This document shows positions 13,641 to 27,187 of a stretch of DNA of 64,000 bases, one piece after another; positions within the stretch are counted from its first letter, which is position 1, and the number at the start of each line of letters is the position of its first letter. The notes under the pieces are model-generated. The model was not told the DNA's origin. It was given only the letters and a program-made list of their open reading frames with translations, and ran no database searches. A program made the translations under genes and the position numbers. This DNA is from Octopus bimaculoides (taxonomy: Eukaryota): contig NC_068992.1 of NCBI RefSeq assembly GCF_001194135.2, positions 24,155,169 through 24,219,168 on the forward strand. Reading direction: 5' to 3'.

Positions 13641-13900
13641 CATAATCATCGTCGTCATCGTCGTTTAACGNNNNNNNNNNAACGTCCACTTTCCATGCTG
13701 GCATGGGTTGGATGGTTTGACTGAGGGCTGGCAAGCCAGAAGGCTGCACCAGGCCTCAATCCGATCTGGCAAAGTTTCTACAATTGGATTCCCTTCCTAA
13801 TGCCAACCACTCTGAGAGTATCGTGGGTGCTTTTTATGTGCTACCGACATGAGGGCCAGTTAGGCAGCACTGGCAACGTTCACACTCAATTGGTGCTTTT
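13640..13900 (-). mobile_element. Family R SINE (spans a 10-N gap)
   Basis: Same tail and first module. Confidence 0.75.
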
Positions 13901-14065
13901 TACATATATATATAATATATATAACATTTTCCTTGCTCCAGTTGTTGAGAGGTTATGTACCTCCAGTCATTTGAGTTTAATGAGTCACCTATAGAGCTAA
14001 GCATTTATAGGTGCAAAACCAATGCTCAAACACTGACTGGCCATAACAAACATCCTTCTAAAGAT

Positions 14066-14096
<31 letters not shown>

Positions 14097-14529
14097 TGCA
14101 CACACACACACATATATATATATATGCACACACACACACCCAGACACACATATATATATGGGGGAGTGTGTGCAAATGTTTCGTGCACATATTACTCTCT
14201 CATTGGCTTGAGTTCGCATGAATATTGTGATCAAGTACCACTATCATGCAGGCATTTCAAATCTTCCATGGAAAGATGTCTGGTCATAGGAAAATATTAC
14301 TTTACAGGTAAATGTTGGTGACAAAAAGAGCATCTGACTGTTGAAAATCAACCATAACAAATTCCATCCAACCCAGGTGAGTGTGGAAAAGTGGACATTA
14401 AAACGATGATGAAAACAATAGTAACAATGACGATGATGATGACACCGCTGATGGCAATGATGATGAAGGTGATGGTGATTCTTTCCTAATAGGAGTGGGA
14501 AATGTTGGATTTGCTCTTTATATCACATA

Positions 14530-14563
<34 letters not shown>

Positions 14564-15639
14564 TGTAATGAAAAACTTTAACAGATGTAATACAGATATG
14601 AAGAAGTCATGGAGTAAAGAGGGTACGTCATTGATGAGGACATGAATGGTGATGAAAGGACTTCAACAGACTTAGCTGATTGATAGATTGACTGAATGCT
14701 TAATGAAACCTTCGATTAATTAATTGGTTACAAAGTTAACCAATTCATCACCATCATCATCCTCATCACTTAATATTTGTTCTCCATGGTGGCACAGGTT
14801 GGATTGCTTGACAGGAACTGGCCAGCAGGAGAGTAGGCTGCGCGGCAAAAATTAAGAAGTGAAATAGAACCAGTGCATGTGTTTACTATTGTCATAATGA
14901 TCCTCTCACAGTACAGCAAAGTATGAATCAACACAAGAGCTCATATCAAGAATCTTACAAACCAAATACTGAAACAAAATATAATACAAAACTCTATTCC
15001 TAATTGAATTAATATGTTATCACACTTACAGATAAATGGTTCATTTGATCTTTGCACATACATACAAGCATATATATATNNNNNNNNNNNNNNNNNNNNN
15101 NNNNNNNNNNNNNNNNNNNNNNNNNNNNNNNNNNNNNNNNNNNNNNNNNNNNNNNNNNNNNNNNNNNNNNNNNNNNNNNNNNNNNNNNNNNNNNNNNNNN
15201 NNNNNNNNNNNNNNNNNNNNNNNNNNNNNNNNNNNNNNNNNNNNNNNNNNNNNNNNNNNNNNNNNNNNNNNNNNNNNNNNNNNNNNNNNNNNNNNNNNNN
15301 NNNNNNNNNNNNNNNNNNNNNNNNNNNNNNNNNNNNNNNNNNNNNNNNNNNNNNNNNNNNNNNNNNNNNNNNNNNNNNNNNNNNNNNNNNNNNNNNNNNN
15401 NNNNNNNNNNNNNNNNNNNNNNNNNNNNNNNNNNNNNNNNNNNNNNNNNNNNNNNNNNNNNNNNNNNNNNNNNNNNNNNNNNNNNNNNNNNNNNNNNNNN
15501 NNNNNNNNNNNNNNNNNNNNNNNNNNNNNNNNNNNNNNNNNNNNNNNNNNNNNNNNNNNNNNNNNNNNNNNNNTATATATATATATATATATATATATAT
15601 GTAGAAAACTTAACTTTCACTAGCCCAGTCAATATGAAT

Positions 15640-15945
15640 GTGAAGGCACGTGGCTTAGTGGTTAGAGCATTCTGCTCATGATTGTAAGGTCGTGAGTTCA
15701 ATTCCCAGTGACGCATTGTGTCCTTGAGCAAGACACTTTATTTCACAGTGCTCCAGTCCACTCAGCTGGAAAAAATGAGATGTACCTGTATTTCAAAGAA
15801 CCAGTATTTTCACACCCTGTGTCACGCTGAGTCTCCCTGCAAACTGCATTAAAGCTATACGTATCTGTGTACTGCTCAGTCACTTGTACGTTAACCTCAA
15901 TGATCATATCAGCTTGGACCCTCACCGTTGTAACCGATAGAGTGC
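15640..15945 (+). mobile_element. tRNA-derived SINE family V
   Basis: A box TGGCTTAGTGG, B box GAGTTCAATTCC, GTCCTTGAGCAAGACACTT central segment. Confidence 0.8.
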
Positions 15946-18900
15946 TCATTCCTTATATGAATGTCCCCTAAACAGCAGGAGTGCAATATAATCTAAAAGA
16001 GAGTTGTTATCAACCTGTACTAAGCTATACAAACACATTATTGTGTCTTTTACCTTTGAAATATTCCAAATTCTTTTATAAAGATCACAATAGGAAGCTT
16101 GCATCTCAATTGTGAATATCATTCAATAAATGAGCAGAGTGTTTGTGTATTTTACATAAACTGCTATTTTAGAAAACACAGCAAGCCCTCTTATTCTGTA
16201 GAAATCCATAGAGCTAGTAGCTAACATCACTATTAAAATATGTAAATTACCATCAGTGTGGAATCATAAATTATTCAAACTTTCTCAAAACGAATTCATA
16301 TGACAGCTATGATGTTTAGTAGATCTAGATTGTTATATTACTGAGAAACATTTAGACAATATTTATATTCAAAGTTCTTAAGAGAATATATCTGGATGTA
16401 TTTATGAGTTAAGCTAGGTACTATTTTTTTTTTCTTGTTCATCAAAAGCACTTACTGGATATAAGCTTTTAAATGATAAAAGAAAATAAATTGAAAAATA
16501 TTGCATCAAAAGCTATGGAAAAATATTCTGTACTGCAAAAAACAAGTGAAATAAAAAAATAAAAAAAGTGTGTGTGTTTGTGTGTGTGTGTGCATGCAAA
16601 AATAAGTAAAATAAAAAACTGTATGTGTGTATGTGAGTGGTATATNNNNNNNNNNNNNNNNNNNNNNNNNNNNNNNNNNNNNNNNNNNNNNNNNNNNNNN
16701 NNNNNNNNNNNNNNNNNNNNNNNNNNNNNNNNNNNNNNNNNNNNNNNNNNNNNNNNNNNNNNNNNNNNNNNNNNNNNNNNNNNNNNNNNNNNNNNNNNNN
16801 NNNNNNNNNNNNNNNNNNNNNNNNNNNNNNNNNNNNNNNNNNNNNNNNNNNNNNNNNNNNNNNNNNNNNNNNNNNNNNNNNNNNNNNNNNNNNNNNNNNN
16901 NNNNNNNNNNNNNNNNNNNNNNNNNNNNNNNNNNNNNNNNNNNNNNNNNNNNNNNNNNNNNNNNNNNNNNNNNNNNNNNNNNNNNNNNNNNNNNNNNNNN
17001 NNNNNNNNNNNNNNNNNNNNNNNNNNNNNNNNNNNNNNNNNNNNNNNNNNNNNNNNNNNNNNNNNNNNNNNNNNNNNNNNNNNNNNNNNNNNNAAAAAAA
17101 AAAAAAAAATTTAATGTGAAAATATTGCTAAGCAAGAACTCTGAACAACAACAACAAGAATAACAACAATAATAACAATAATCAGCAGCAAACAAAAAGC
17201 AGTGACATGAAGCAAATTCGATATTATTTCTTTTTTTTTTTTCCATGTAACAAAAAGCAGAATCAATAAAACTTAGAATTTTGTATGGTGTATTCAGGGG
17301 TGAAAGTGAATTTATTGCTCTGTCAGTCATCTTCGAGTACTAGAGTTTCCTTTGGTACATTTGATACAAATCTTACAAACCACATGTTATAAGACTATCT
17401 AGAAACTTAGAAAACAGCTTTTAATCAGATACTACAGACAACCAATGACACACTGCTAAAACTCCAGATACCCTCTTGAGACAAGCATCGTATTAGTCTT
17501 GATATGGAAACTAAATTATAAAGAATCTATCATTTCTTTGATAAAATTTCAAGTTATACAAGTCACTGAAGCATAGACAACTAGGTCAATGGAAGAAGGA
17601 AATTGTATTTATGAACAGCAATTCTAAAAATTAGCATCGTGTAATGTGGGTTACTGTAAGATCATGAGAACAACGTTGAGATAGATGCTTATATAAAATT
17701 ATATTTGTCTTTCTGGAGACGTTTGCTTCATTTTGAAACATTTCTAGATCACACAGTTGAGGTTATATTAGTCAGGGTTAGTAATTAGTAAAACGCTGGT
17801 GAAATTGAGAACTGAATAAGGACTATTGAAGAGATATGTAGAATTTTAAACATGTACATGTAATTTGAAAATCATTGCTTTGCTTTTGTTAGTATACTAA
17901 TTGAACATTAGATACGAGTTTCATTTATTGTTTAAAAAAATAATTTGGCAAATGATATTCCACCGGAAAAAAAAAATTAGGTTTTAATTGAAGCAAAGAA
18001 ATATCTTTATGCTCAATTACTCTAGAAGCAATGTGCCAAAATGACACTTTTTGCCCTAAGCATTCAGTGACTTATTTTCAGCATAGCAACACAATCGTAA
18101 AATTGCTGTTCACTATATGACACTATGAGAAAGGAAATGAATTCCATATACTTTTCTGCTTGTTGTAGTTACTGCATATATTAATTTAACTCACATGTGC
18201 ATCTTCTCTATTCCAAAAATTCTTGACATTGTGTCGAAAAGTCTATATAAAATCTAACATTTAAACAGTTGAAAGGCAAGTTGCAGTCTCAAGTACAGTT
18301 TCCACTCAACAACTGACATTAAATCTTCATTTTTAGCATCTTCTATGCTTGTGTTTCTATAGAGTACACTATCATAGACCAAAATATACGTACATTTTCT
18401 AAACTTGCTAAGTCGTGTTTTGACATAATCATAATATAATATTATAGACATTCAGTGTATACATGGTAAATATATACATTCTCCATATCAGAAAACATAT
18501 TGCATTTTCTGTGAGCACTCAATTCAGACTCTGAATTGTGTATGTACTATTGCACACTTGTTATATACAATGACAACTCTTATAGTTAGGATATGACTTC
18601 TTTCTTGTAATTCTCTTATTGAATTTCATAGAAATTATATAAGAAAATTGATGCATTATTGGTGGTGTGAGCCATAATGTCTTCTTGTTCTGACAGAAAA
18701 AAAGACTAATGTTGTTAGATTAATTACAGTGTACGGGTGGCCTGTGAGGAATTAACAGATGTTATTGCCAGGGATATTGCAAAAAAGTGAGGCAGAAGTC
18801 TGAATCTTCAATAATGTGACAGGGATAATGATGATTTGCATCTCTTGGTAGGAATATTTTGGCCATTTGAAATAAACATGCTGAACAGAGGCGTAGAGTA

Positions 18901-19294
18901 ACAGTGATTAGATCGTAGTTGTAAGGCAAAACAGATCTATAACTTGATCCCCTGAGGAAGGAGCAAATCGAATATTGTCGTGTCTGTGTGTGTTTCTAAG
19001 TTACACCTGAAGATATGATTACAATACCAAAAAAGCAATGTAAAAACGTTCATTTTCTTCGTATTTATATCAACTGGAAACAGAAATTGTATGCATAGAA
19101 AGAGAAAGGATACAAAAAAAATAAGAAATGGAGGACAAGGGATGTACCAGACTTTATAAGTTGTATTTTAGTCTGTAACTGCGTCTAAAGCAGTGATAAA
19201 GAAGATATGAGTTTTATGATCATTGTTATAACGGTCTATGGTGAATGTAGCATTTGGTACCAACTTTAGAGGGAGAGTATTTTGTCAAAATTGA

Positions 19295-19600
19295 TATAAA
19301 GGTTGTGTGCTTAAGAAGCTCACTTTGCAACCATGTGATTTTGTATTTAATCCGACTCTGTGGCACCATTGGGGGAAACTGCCTTCCACTATAGCCCCTG
19401 GTATATGGAAACTGGCCAGAAACTCATTGTATGTGTATATACATGCAAATATGTGTATGTGTATGCATGTGTGTATGTGTGTGTGTCTTAGTGTTTGTAC
19501 CCCATCCCCAGCATTGTTTCACTAAACCTTTCAAAGCAAAGCTACCAGCATGGCTGCAGTCCAATGACTGAAACAAGGGAAGGAGAAAGAGAGAACTAAT
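19295..19600 (+). mobile_element. Family C SINE (degenerate)
   Basis: Head TGTGCTTAAGAAGCTCAC and tail CCAGCATGGCTGCAGTCCAATGACTGAAAC. Confidence 0.65.
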
Positions 19601-21089
19601 TACCTATCTAAAGACAAAATCTTCATTAACATCATAATGATATATTCACAGACATTTTATTTTCTTTCTCTACAATCACCTTTGCCCACCCCCACTGAGA
19701 CTGGATGGTCTCATACCACTTTCACTCACTTATTACTGATTCACTCATCTCTCCTGTCATCACTCACTTTAGGTTTCGATCTCTAGTCACCACCATGCTG
19801 ACGACAGCTGTTTCAATGCTGTCTATTTGGTGTTGCTGATCCAATGATGACTTACTTGACATTAGATGTTGTAATGTTTCTCTTTTTCTCCTCTCTCACC
19901 TTCCTCTCCTTCTCTCTCTCTCTCACTTTCTTTCCTACACTCCTTTTCTCTCCCCCCCCCTGCTCTCTTGCTCTGTTCATATGTGTGAGCATCTGGTTCT
20001 GTTTGTATGTGCAGTCTCTCTCTCTCTGCCTCCCTCTATCTCTCCCTACTTCTGTCTTACTTTGCTAATGTGTGCCAGCATCTAGTTATATTTGTATCTG
20101 TAAAGTCTCTCTTACCATCCACCACTCTGTCTGTTTGTCTGTCTGTCTGTCTCCCTCTCTCTCTCTCTCTCCCTCTTGTCTCACTTTGCTAATGTCTGTG
20201 AGCATCTACTTATGTTTCTTTGTGTAACGTCACTCTCCTCCTCTCTGCCTCCTTCTCTCTCTCTCTCTGACTTCTTCTCTCTCTCTCACTCCCCCTCTCT
20301 GCCTCCACCTCTCTCTTTATTAGTGTGTGTGAGCAGCTAGATATACTGGTATGTATGTGTAATGTGCCACCTCTCTCTCTGTAAGTATCTAGTTTATCAA
20401 TATGTAATATCTCTCTCTTTCTCTCACCCTCTCTCTCACTATCTGCATGTGTATATGTCTCCTTGCATGCACATGTGCATGTACATGATGTGTGCTGTGT
20501 GTGTGCATTTGTGTGTTTGTGCTTGTGTGTGCATATGTGTGCGCGTGTTTATGTATGCGTTTGTCTCCAATACTATAATGTACCGTTGCCATATTAGTCT
20601 GAATACTCAACCTGTACCAAATTGGCACCACACAAACAATTGCAGCAAATTGTCTCATTCCATACCACAAATGTCTTGTCATTCCTCAACACATATTCCT
20701 ACAGTACATCAGCCCTTAGGAGTCATCTCCCCCTGACATATATTTTTCCCTGTGTCCAGCAACTTGCAACTGTCCAACTGGGTCTGTGCTGGCAATGGTC
20801 ACAGTCACCTCTCTCCAAGCAGATTAAATGAAAAGGAAAAGGCCATATGTATGTATGCATATGTAAGTGTACATGCTGGTTTTTATGCATATGCATTTGC
20901 ACACAAGAATGAATTTGATATACTTTTATTGAGATTACAATGAAGACAACTCAACAGTTTAAAGGAAGTATAATAACAATTTTGGAAAGCTTTGCAAAAT
21001 TTTTATATGTTTATATATGTATGTATATCTATCTATCTATCTATCTATCTATCTGTCTGTCTATAGCTATCCACTAAACCTGTTTTTAT

Positions 21090-21240
21090 TCACTGTTTAT
21101 TTTCTCGTGTTCCATTCTGTTGAAGAGCATAGGCTCAAAATGTAAAACACTTTCTCACCTTCCCAAACGTTAAACTAATACACCCATTTGTTGTTTACAC
21201 ACCCGTCTTTGTCTTTTGTTTTTTTGCAAATTCCAACTAT
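21090..21240 (+). mobile_element. Penelope-like terminal repeat with variant hammerhead-like motif (family 2)
   Basis: CTGTTGA-A-GAGC-ATAG-GCTC-AAAATGTA, then a body homologous to 52560-52700 that runs into a (CA)n/(TA)n microsatellite. Confidence 0.5.
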
Positions 21241-21251
21241 ACACACACACA

Positions 21252-21283
<32 letters not shown>

Positions 21284-22149
21284 NNNNNNNNNNNNNNNNN
21301 NNNNNNNNNNNNNNNNNNNNNNNNNNNNNNNNNNNNNNNNNNNNNNNNNNNNNNNNNNNNNNNNNNNNNNNNNNNNNNNNNNNNNNNNNNNNNNNNNNNN
21401 NNNNNNNNNNNNNNNNNNNNNNNNNNNNNNNNNNNNNNNNNNNNNNNNNNNNNNNNNNNNNNNNNNNNNNNNNNNNNNNNNNNNNNNNNNNNNNNNNNNN
21501 NNNNNNNNNNNNNNNNNNNNNNNNNNNNNNNNNNNNNNNNNNNNNNNNNNNNNNNNNNNNNNNNCGATCTACACACACACATGTATATATACACATACAT
21601 ATATACATACATACACACACATGCATATATATATATATATGTACACATACATATATACAGACACATACAAATACACACACACACACACACACACTGATAC
21701 ACACGCACACAAATAAATAAATGCTTTGCCATGCAACATATTTACATAATGAAAGGAATAATGGCTATCAAAACATTACAGAGTTATAGAAAAATTGGTG
21801 ACACCAGGTAAATGAAAGGTAAACTCACCCCTGGATTATACATGTGGTCAGCAGCCAGAATTACTCAGTGTAAGCAAGGTGTGGTCAGTAAAACTGGCAG
21901 GAGTGCTGAGCGTAACAGCAACGAATGATAGGATAAAGAGACAGTGGTGTGAACCGATGGTGTGTCTGAAACTATAGAGAGGAACAAAAGACAAGCCAGC
22001 TAAATTAGCTAAAGCATACACGCATACAGATACATACACACACACATGCGTGCGCACACAGTCACAGAGACTTACAGCAAGATATGAGACAAAACATTTG
22101 CAGGCCCATTACACCATATTAACATGGGTAGCTACATCATAATAATAAT

Positions 22150-22375
22150 AATCATCATCATTTAATGTCTGTTGTCCATGCTGGCATGAGTTGGACGGCT
22201 TGACCGAGGCTGGTAGGCTGGTAAGCTGAGAAGCCACAACTGATTCCAGTCTGATTTGGCCAGGTTTCTACAGTTGGATGCCCCTCCTAATGCCAATCAC
22301 TCTGAGAGTGTAATGGGAGCTTTTATGTGCCACCAGCATGGGTGCCAATTATGTGACACCTGACACCCATGTCAT
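22150..22375 (-). mobile_element. Family R-related SINE
   Basis: CCATGCTGGCATGAGTTGGAC..GGATGCCCCTCCTAATGCC. Confidence 0.7.
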
Positions 22376-22554
22376 ATATATATGACAACCTTAGCGTTTA
22401 GCGCAAGTCTTGCTTTTGTATGTTGGTTCCCTGACGATGAATTTATGTGCAATTCCAGCACCTCTTACTTCTTTTGAGTAGAGTGCACATATACTTTGAA
22501 AAATATGTAGGAATTAAAGGAACTTATTGATTATATGTGTTTGACTCGATTTAT

Positions 22555-22815
22555 TATTCTTCGTGCGGGTGGCACATGAAATGCACCATTTTGAACGTGG
22601 CCGTTGCCAGTACCACCTGACTGGCCTTCGTGCGGGTGACACGTAACAGCACCCACTACACTCTTTGAGTGGTTGGCGTCAGGAAGGGCATCCAGCTGTA
22701 GAAACTCTGCCAAGTCAGATTGGAGCCTGGTGTAGCCATCTGGTTTCACCAGTCCTCAGTCAAATCGTCCAACCCATGCTAGCATAGAAAGTGGACGTTA
22801 AACGACAACGATATA
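22555..22815 (+). mobile_element. Family R SINE
   Basis: Modules plus GGTTGGCGTCAGGAAGGGCATCCAGCTGTAGAAAC..GGACGTTAAACGAC tail. Confidence 0.85.
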
Positions 22816-23024
22816 TATATATAACAGGTTCTTCATTTGTTTTTTCATTAAAGTTAAGTCAGAGGAAGAACGGTAATATTTATAACCTTCTCCAGGACCC
22901 CTGAAACTGTTGGGAGGTAGGGGAACGAAATCATCCTCAGGTTAGAGACCTGACTCAGATACCAGCAACAAACAACAGAATGAACTCTGTTAAAGGACCC
23001 ATGGTGGATATTTTAAACTGGTTT

Positions 23025-23232
23025 CGAATTTTGGGACAAAATCTGCCGTTTCAGACTAGGGCTTATTTTGGTTACATCAGCCCCAGTGAACAACTGGTAC
23101 TTATTTTATCGACCCTGAAAGGATCAAAGGCAAAGTTGACCTTGGCAGAAACTGAACTCAGAATGGAAAGAGGGATCCATCACGGTTAAGCGCTTTGTCC
23201 TGCATGCTAATGATTCTGCCAGCCTGCAGCCT
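23025..23232 (-). mobile_element. tRNA-derived SINE family M
   Basis: CAACTGGTACTTATTTTATCGACCCTGAAAGGATCAAAGGCAAAGTTGACC core. Confidence 0.75.
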
Positions 23233-23524
23233 TTGTGGCAATATTGAATTGGGTGATGCATTAAACCTACCACCCTAAAATAAGAACAATTCCTCTGCGA
23301 GCTTACTCAGGGTTCCCATTTACCAAATTCCACACATATGTCTTTGGCTGACCCAAAGCTATGGTACAAGAGCAATGAATATCACACTGGGATTGAACCT
23401 AAAACCATACAGTTACAAAGCAAACTTCTTATGTCTTTATCCATATAGAACACCAACAATAAATATTCTACTGAGCCATTGTGGCAGACATGAAGGAGAA
23501 AGGGCGGAGGGGTTGTGGTATAAG

Positions 23525-23975
23525 TCGTGGTGGTGGTGGTGGTGGTGGTGGTGGTGGTGAATGGGGAGCTATTGGTTGCATCAGTAAGTTAAGTCACAGT
23601 GGTGGAGGTATGTGTGTGAACAAAATTAAGTAATTCTTAAATTTTGGGATATTTATGATTGATAAAACTAATTCTGGTGAAATTAAGTTGAAATGGAAGA
23701 AACGAATGAAGTAGGGAGACAAGGAGTAGAAAGCTAAAAAGGAAAGAGAAAACAAAATTGATTGCAGTAATGATGATGATGATGATAATGATGATGATGA
23801 TGACAACGACGATTGTGGTGGTGGTGATAGCAGTGATAATGATGATGATAATGGTAGTGGTCGGTAGTAGTGGTAATGATGATAAGGAGGAGGCAGAGGA
23901 GAAAGAAGTGGATGGTAGCGGTTGTAGTGATGATGATGATGATGATGATGGTGATGGTGATGGTAGTGGTGAATA
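23525..23975. repeat. (GGT)n/(GAT)n low-complexity tract
   Basis: Direct reading. Confidence 0.9.
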
Positions 23976-24528
23976 AGGAGATCAACTTGCAATATTACAA
24001 TACTTGATGTCTTGATTGTCATACATGATCCAAATCAGAGAATGGTAAAGTGTATGACATACGTTAACTTACTAAGGAATGGTTAATTAGTAATCTACAT
24101 GCCTGATATCTGCCCAACAGGATTGATTAATTGATGTTGCTCAATAGCAAGCAATATCACTACCATATACAAGGAAAACATGGCCTAGCTTTGAAACCTT
24201 ATATATGGTTATTTGTTGCTACCTAACTTTAAGGAACGGAAAATTTCAGTTATCAAAGAAAAACATTTGAACTTGGAACTTTAGGTCATCAAGCAGTTTG
24301 CTCATTAAGTGAAAATACAAACCTAATTGAGAAGTTGAATGTTGTCCCATGAGGTGAGGTAGAAATTAATATTTTGTGCATATGACTCTTTATCACACAA
24401 AATGGCAGTATGCTTTTGTGTGAATGTTTGCATATGGTTGCAAAAGCAGAGGTTGTAAGGTGAGAGAGTCAGACAAGATCATAGTTACAGTAATGAAAAG
24501 AAATAGGCAGGGTGATGAGAATAATGCA

Positions 24529-24602
<74 letters not shown>

Positions 24603-24604
24603 AT

Positions 24605-24985
24605 CTTATCTTTTGCTTGTTTCAGTCTTTTGTTGGTGTAGTGCTTTGAAGGAATTCTGTTAATCAAATCAACCTCATGACTTATTTTTAAAGTCTGGTA
24701 CTTTATTCTATTGGTCTCTTTGCCAACTGCTAAGTTACGGTGACAGAAACAAACCAACACTGGTTGTTATGCAGTAATGGGCAAACATGAACACACACAC
24801 ATATACACATATAACAATGGGCTTCCACACAGTTTCGCTCAAATTCATTCACAAGGCATTGGTCGACCTGGGTCTATAGTAGGAAACATCTGTCCTATGT
24901 GCTGCACAGTGGGACTGAACCTGAAATCACGCAGCTGCAAAGTAGGCTTCTTAACCTCTTAACCACACAGCCATACTTGTGCCTA
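24605..24985 (-). mobile_element. Family C SINE
   Basis: Collinear with 10940-11350. Confidence 0.75.
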
Positions 24986-25225
24986 TGCTTGTCTAATATA
25001 TGTGTGTATGTGTGTGTATTCGCTGGGAGGTGATGATTCTTCATGTTGCTCTTCTGTAGATTTTGCATTTTAATTCTTTCTTGCCTTAGAAAAAACATAC
25101 AAGTGGAAAAACTTGGAATAGAGATGGAATAGCACATTATCTAAATGCATTGGGTACCTTTTCCTCTATTTTCTAAGTCCACCCCGATACCCTCACACAC
25201 ACATTTTTTTTTATGTATGTATATA

Positions 25226-25262
<37 letters not shown>

Positions 25263-25929
25263 GGAATAATTAATATGAAAATGGGGTCAAAACCCTGAAA
25301 TATTGAATGCAAGGTAAATCTACTTTAATTCATTTGTTTGTTTTCTTGGGATTTGACTTGCATTTACTTTGCCTTGTTCTGGCCTTATTCACGATCCTTT
25401 ATAATATATATTCATTTTATTATCTTGATCTTATGATATTTACTTTGTATTATACTATACTTATTTATTTTGCTTTTAATTATAAATTTTTCTATATGTG
25501 ACAGTGGATTTTCATTGATGAGTTCATAAACCTTGGTTCTTTTCCCTAAAACTATATATTTATATATATTTCAAACTGTGAAACTGAATTTAATTAAAAT
25601 TTTTAATAAATTGATTTTAACTGAGTTTTTACCTGTAATTTGGATTTTATCCCTAATATTNNNNNNNNNNNNNNNNNNNNNNNNNNNNNNNNNNNNNNNN
25701 NNNNNNNNNNNNNNNNNNNNNNNNNNNNNNNNNNNNNNNNNNNNNNNNNNNNNNNNNNNNNNNNNNNNNNNNNNNNNNNNNNNNNATGTATGTATGTATA
25801 TATATATGTGTGTGTGTATGTATGTATGTATATATATATATATATATATATTTATAACATGAAGAGTCCAAAGTTACAGTTAACATGAAAGGTTTAAGAG
25901 TCTCCCTTTGTAATACACTTTTGGCAGGA

Positions 25930-27070
25930 GCTTAAAGAAATCTATATTACAATCAAGATATACAACCTGAGTGGTGGGATCTTAGTAGAGAATGTTGATT
26001 GCATCTATGAAGGAACTTGGGATAACTATATGCCATGAAAATCTACATCAGTTTGACTCAGTGAATTCAGTTGATCTTAAAAGCTTTTAGGCTTTGATCT
26101 TTGAGGCATCCAGTCAGCCATCATATTGCAGTTTGTGTTGGTGTTGATTTTTCTTGACTACTCATTACAAATTGCTACATCAAATGCAAAACAGACAGGT
26201 TTCATGATAAGCTCATCAGAAAAGCAAACAACTGTTATTTCCAACACAGATTTTGCTGAGCTCCTGGTAAGAATACTACAAGAGGACATTCTTGCACTCC
26301 TCCTGGTCATTATAACTTTGAACAACTTATTTTTAATTGTTACATCAAATGTAGAAGAAACAGGTTCCCAATATAGCACCTTGGAAAAGCAAATGCTATT
26401 CTGCAACTGTTATAACTGGACACAGAGTATGCAGATGATACAAGTTTTACCTTCGATTCTATCAAGAAAGCTTAACTATTACTTCAACAAATTGAAGAAG
26501 CTGCAAAACGGAGTGGATAATAAGTCTGATTTTATGGTTTTTAATCAACCAAAAGAAGATATTAAACCATCAAAAGATGCCATCTTGAAATGTGTAAATG
26601 ACTTTAGATATCGGGGATTGTGGATAGAAAGTTCAAAGAAAGAAACAGTGAAGTAAGAATTGTATTGGAATGGTCGGCGATGAACAAGGTGTCGGTAATA
26701 CAAGAAATAAATCTATCTAATGACCTCGAAATACACAGCTTTTTAGATTTGCTGTAGAAGGTATATTGATCCGAATGCAGGAAATTTATGAAAAGCTATA
26801 GAAAACAAGCTAAATGGAATGTATACCAAGATGTTAAGGAAGGTGAAGAATATTTCTTGTGAACAATATTTACTGAACAATGCATTGCATGAAAACATAC
26901 CACTATTAAGAGAAAGCATCAAACAACACAGACTTATGTTTGATTGGTTAAAAAATGATGTCGGTAAAGAGAAAAGATGTATGGTAAAAGAAAAGAGAGA
27001 GTTTGTTGAACTTATATACGGCCACTGGAGTAATGTTGAAAAAAACTGATGGTGTTCAGGGACACATGAA
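25930..27070 (+). pseudogene. Decayed RTE/RTE-X-like non-LTR retrotransposon reverse transcriptase fragment
   Basis: Frameshifted translation gives FDSV, IFLDYSLQIA, DTEYADD (YADD at 26428-26439), DFMVFNQ..CVNDFRYRGLWI, RIVLEWSAMNKV and YTKMLRKVKNIS..IKQHRLMF, in RTE-clade RT order. Many stops. Confidence 0.8.
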
Positions 27071-27146
27071 TGAAGTTGGTCAGTGGGACCTAAATGCACT
27101 CAAAATGACATCACAAACACACACACACACATACACACACACATAT

Positions 27147-27187
<41 letters not shown>

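Noticed and set aside
26126-26656. 176-aa ORF as an intact gene
   Set aside because: Patchwork of frames from a decayed LINE RT; the YADD motif is in another frame with stops.
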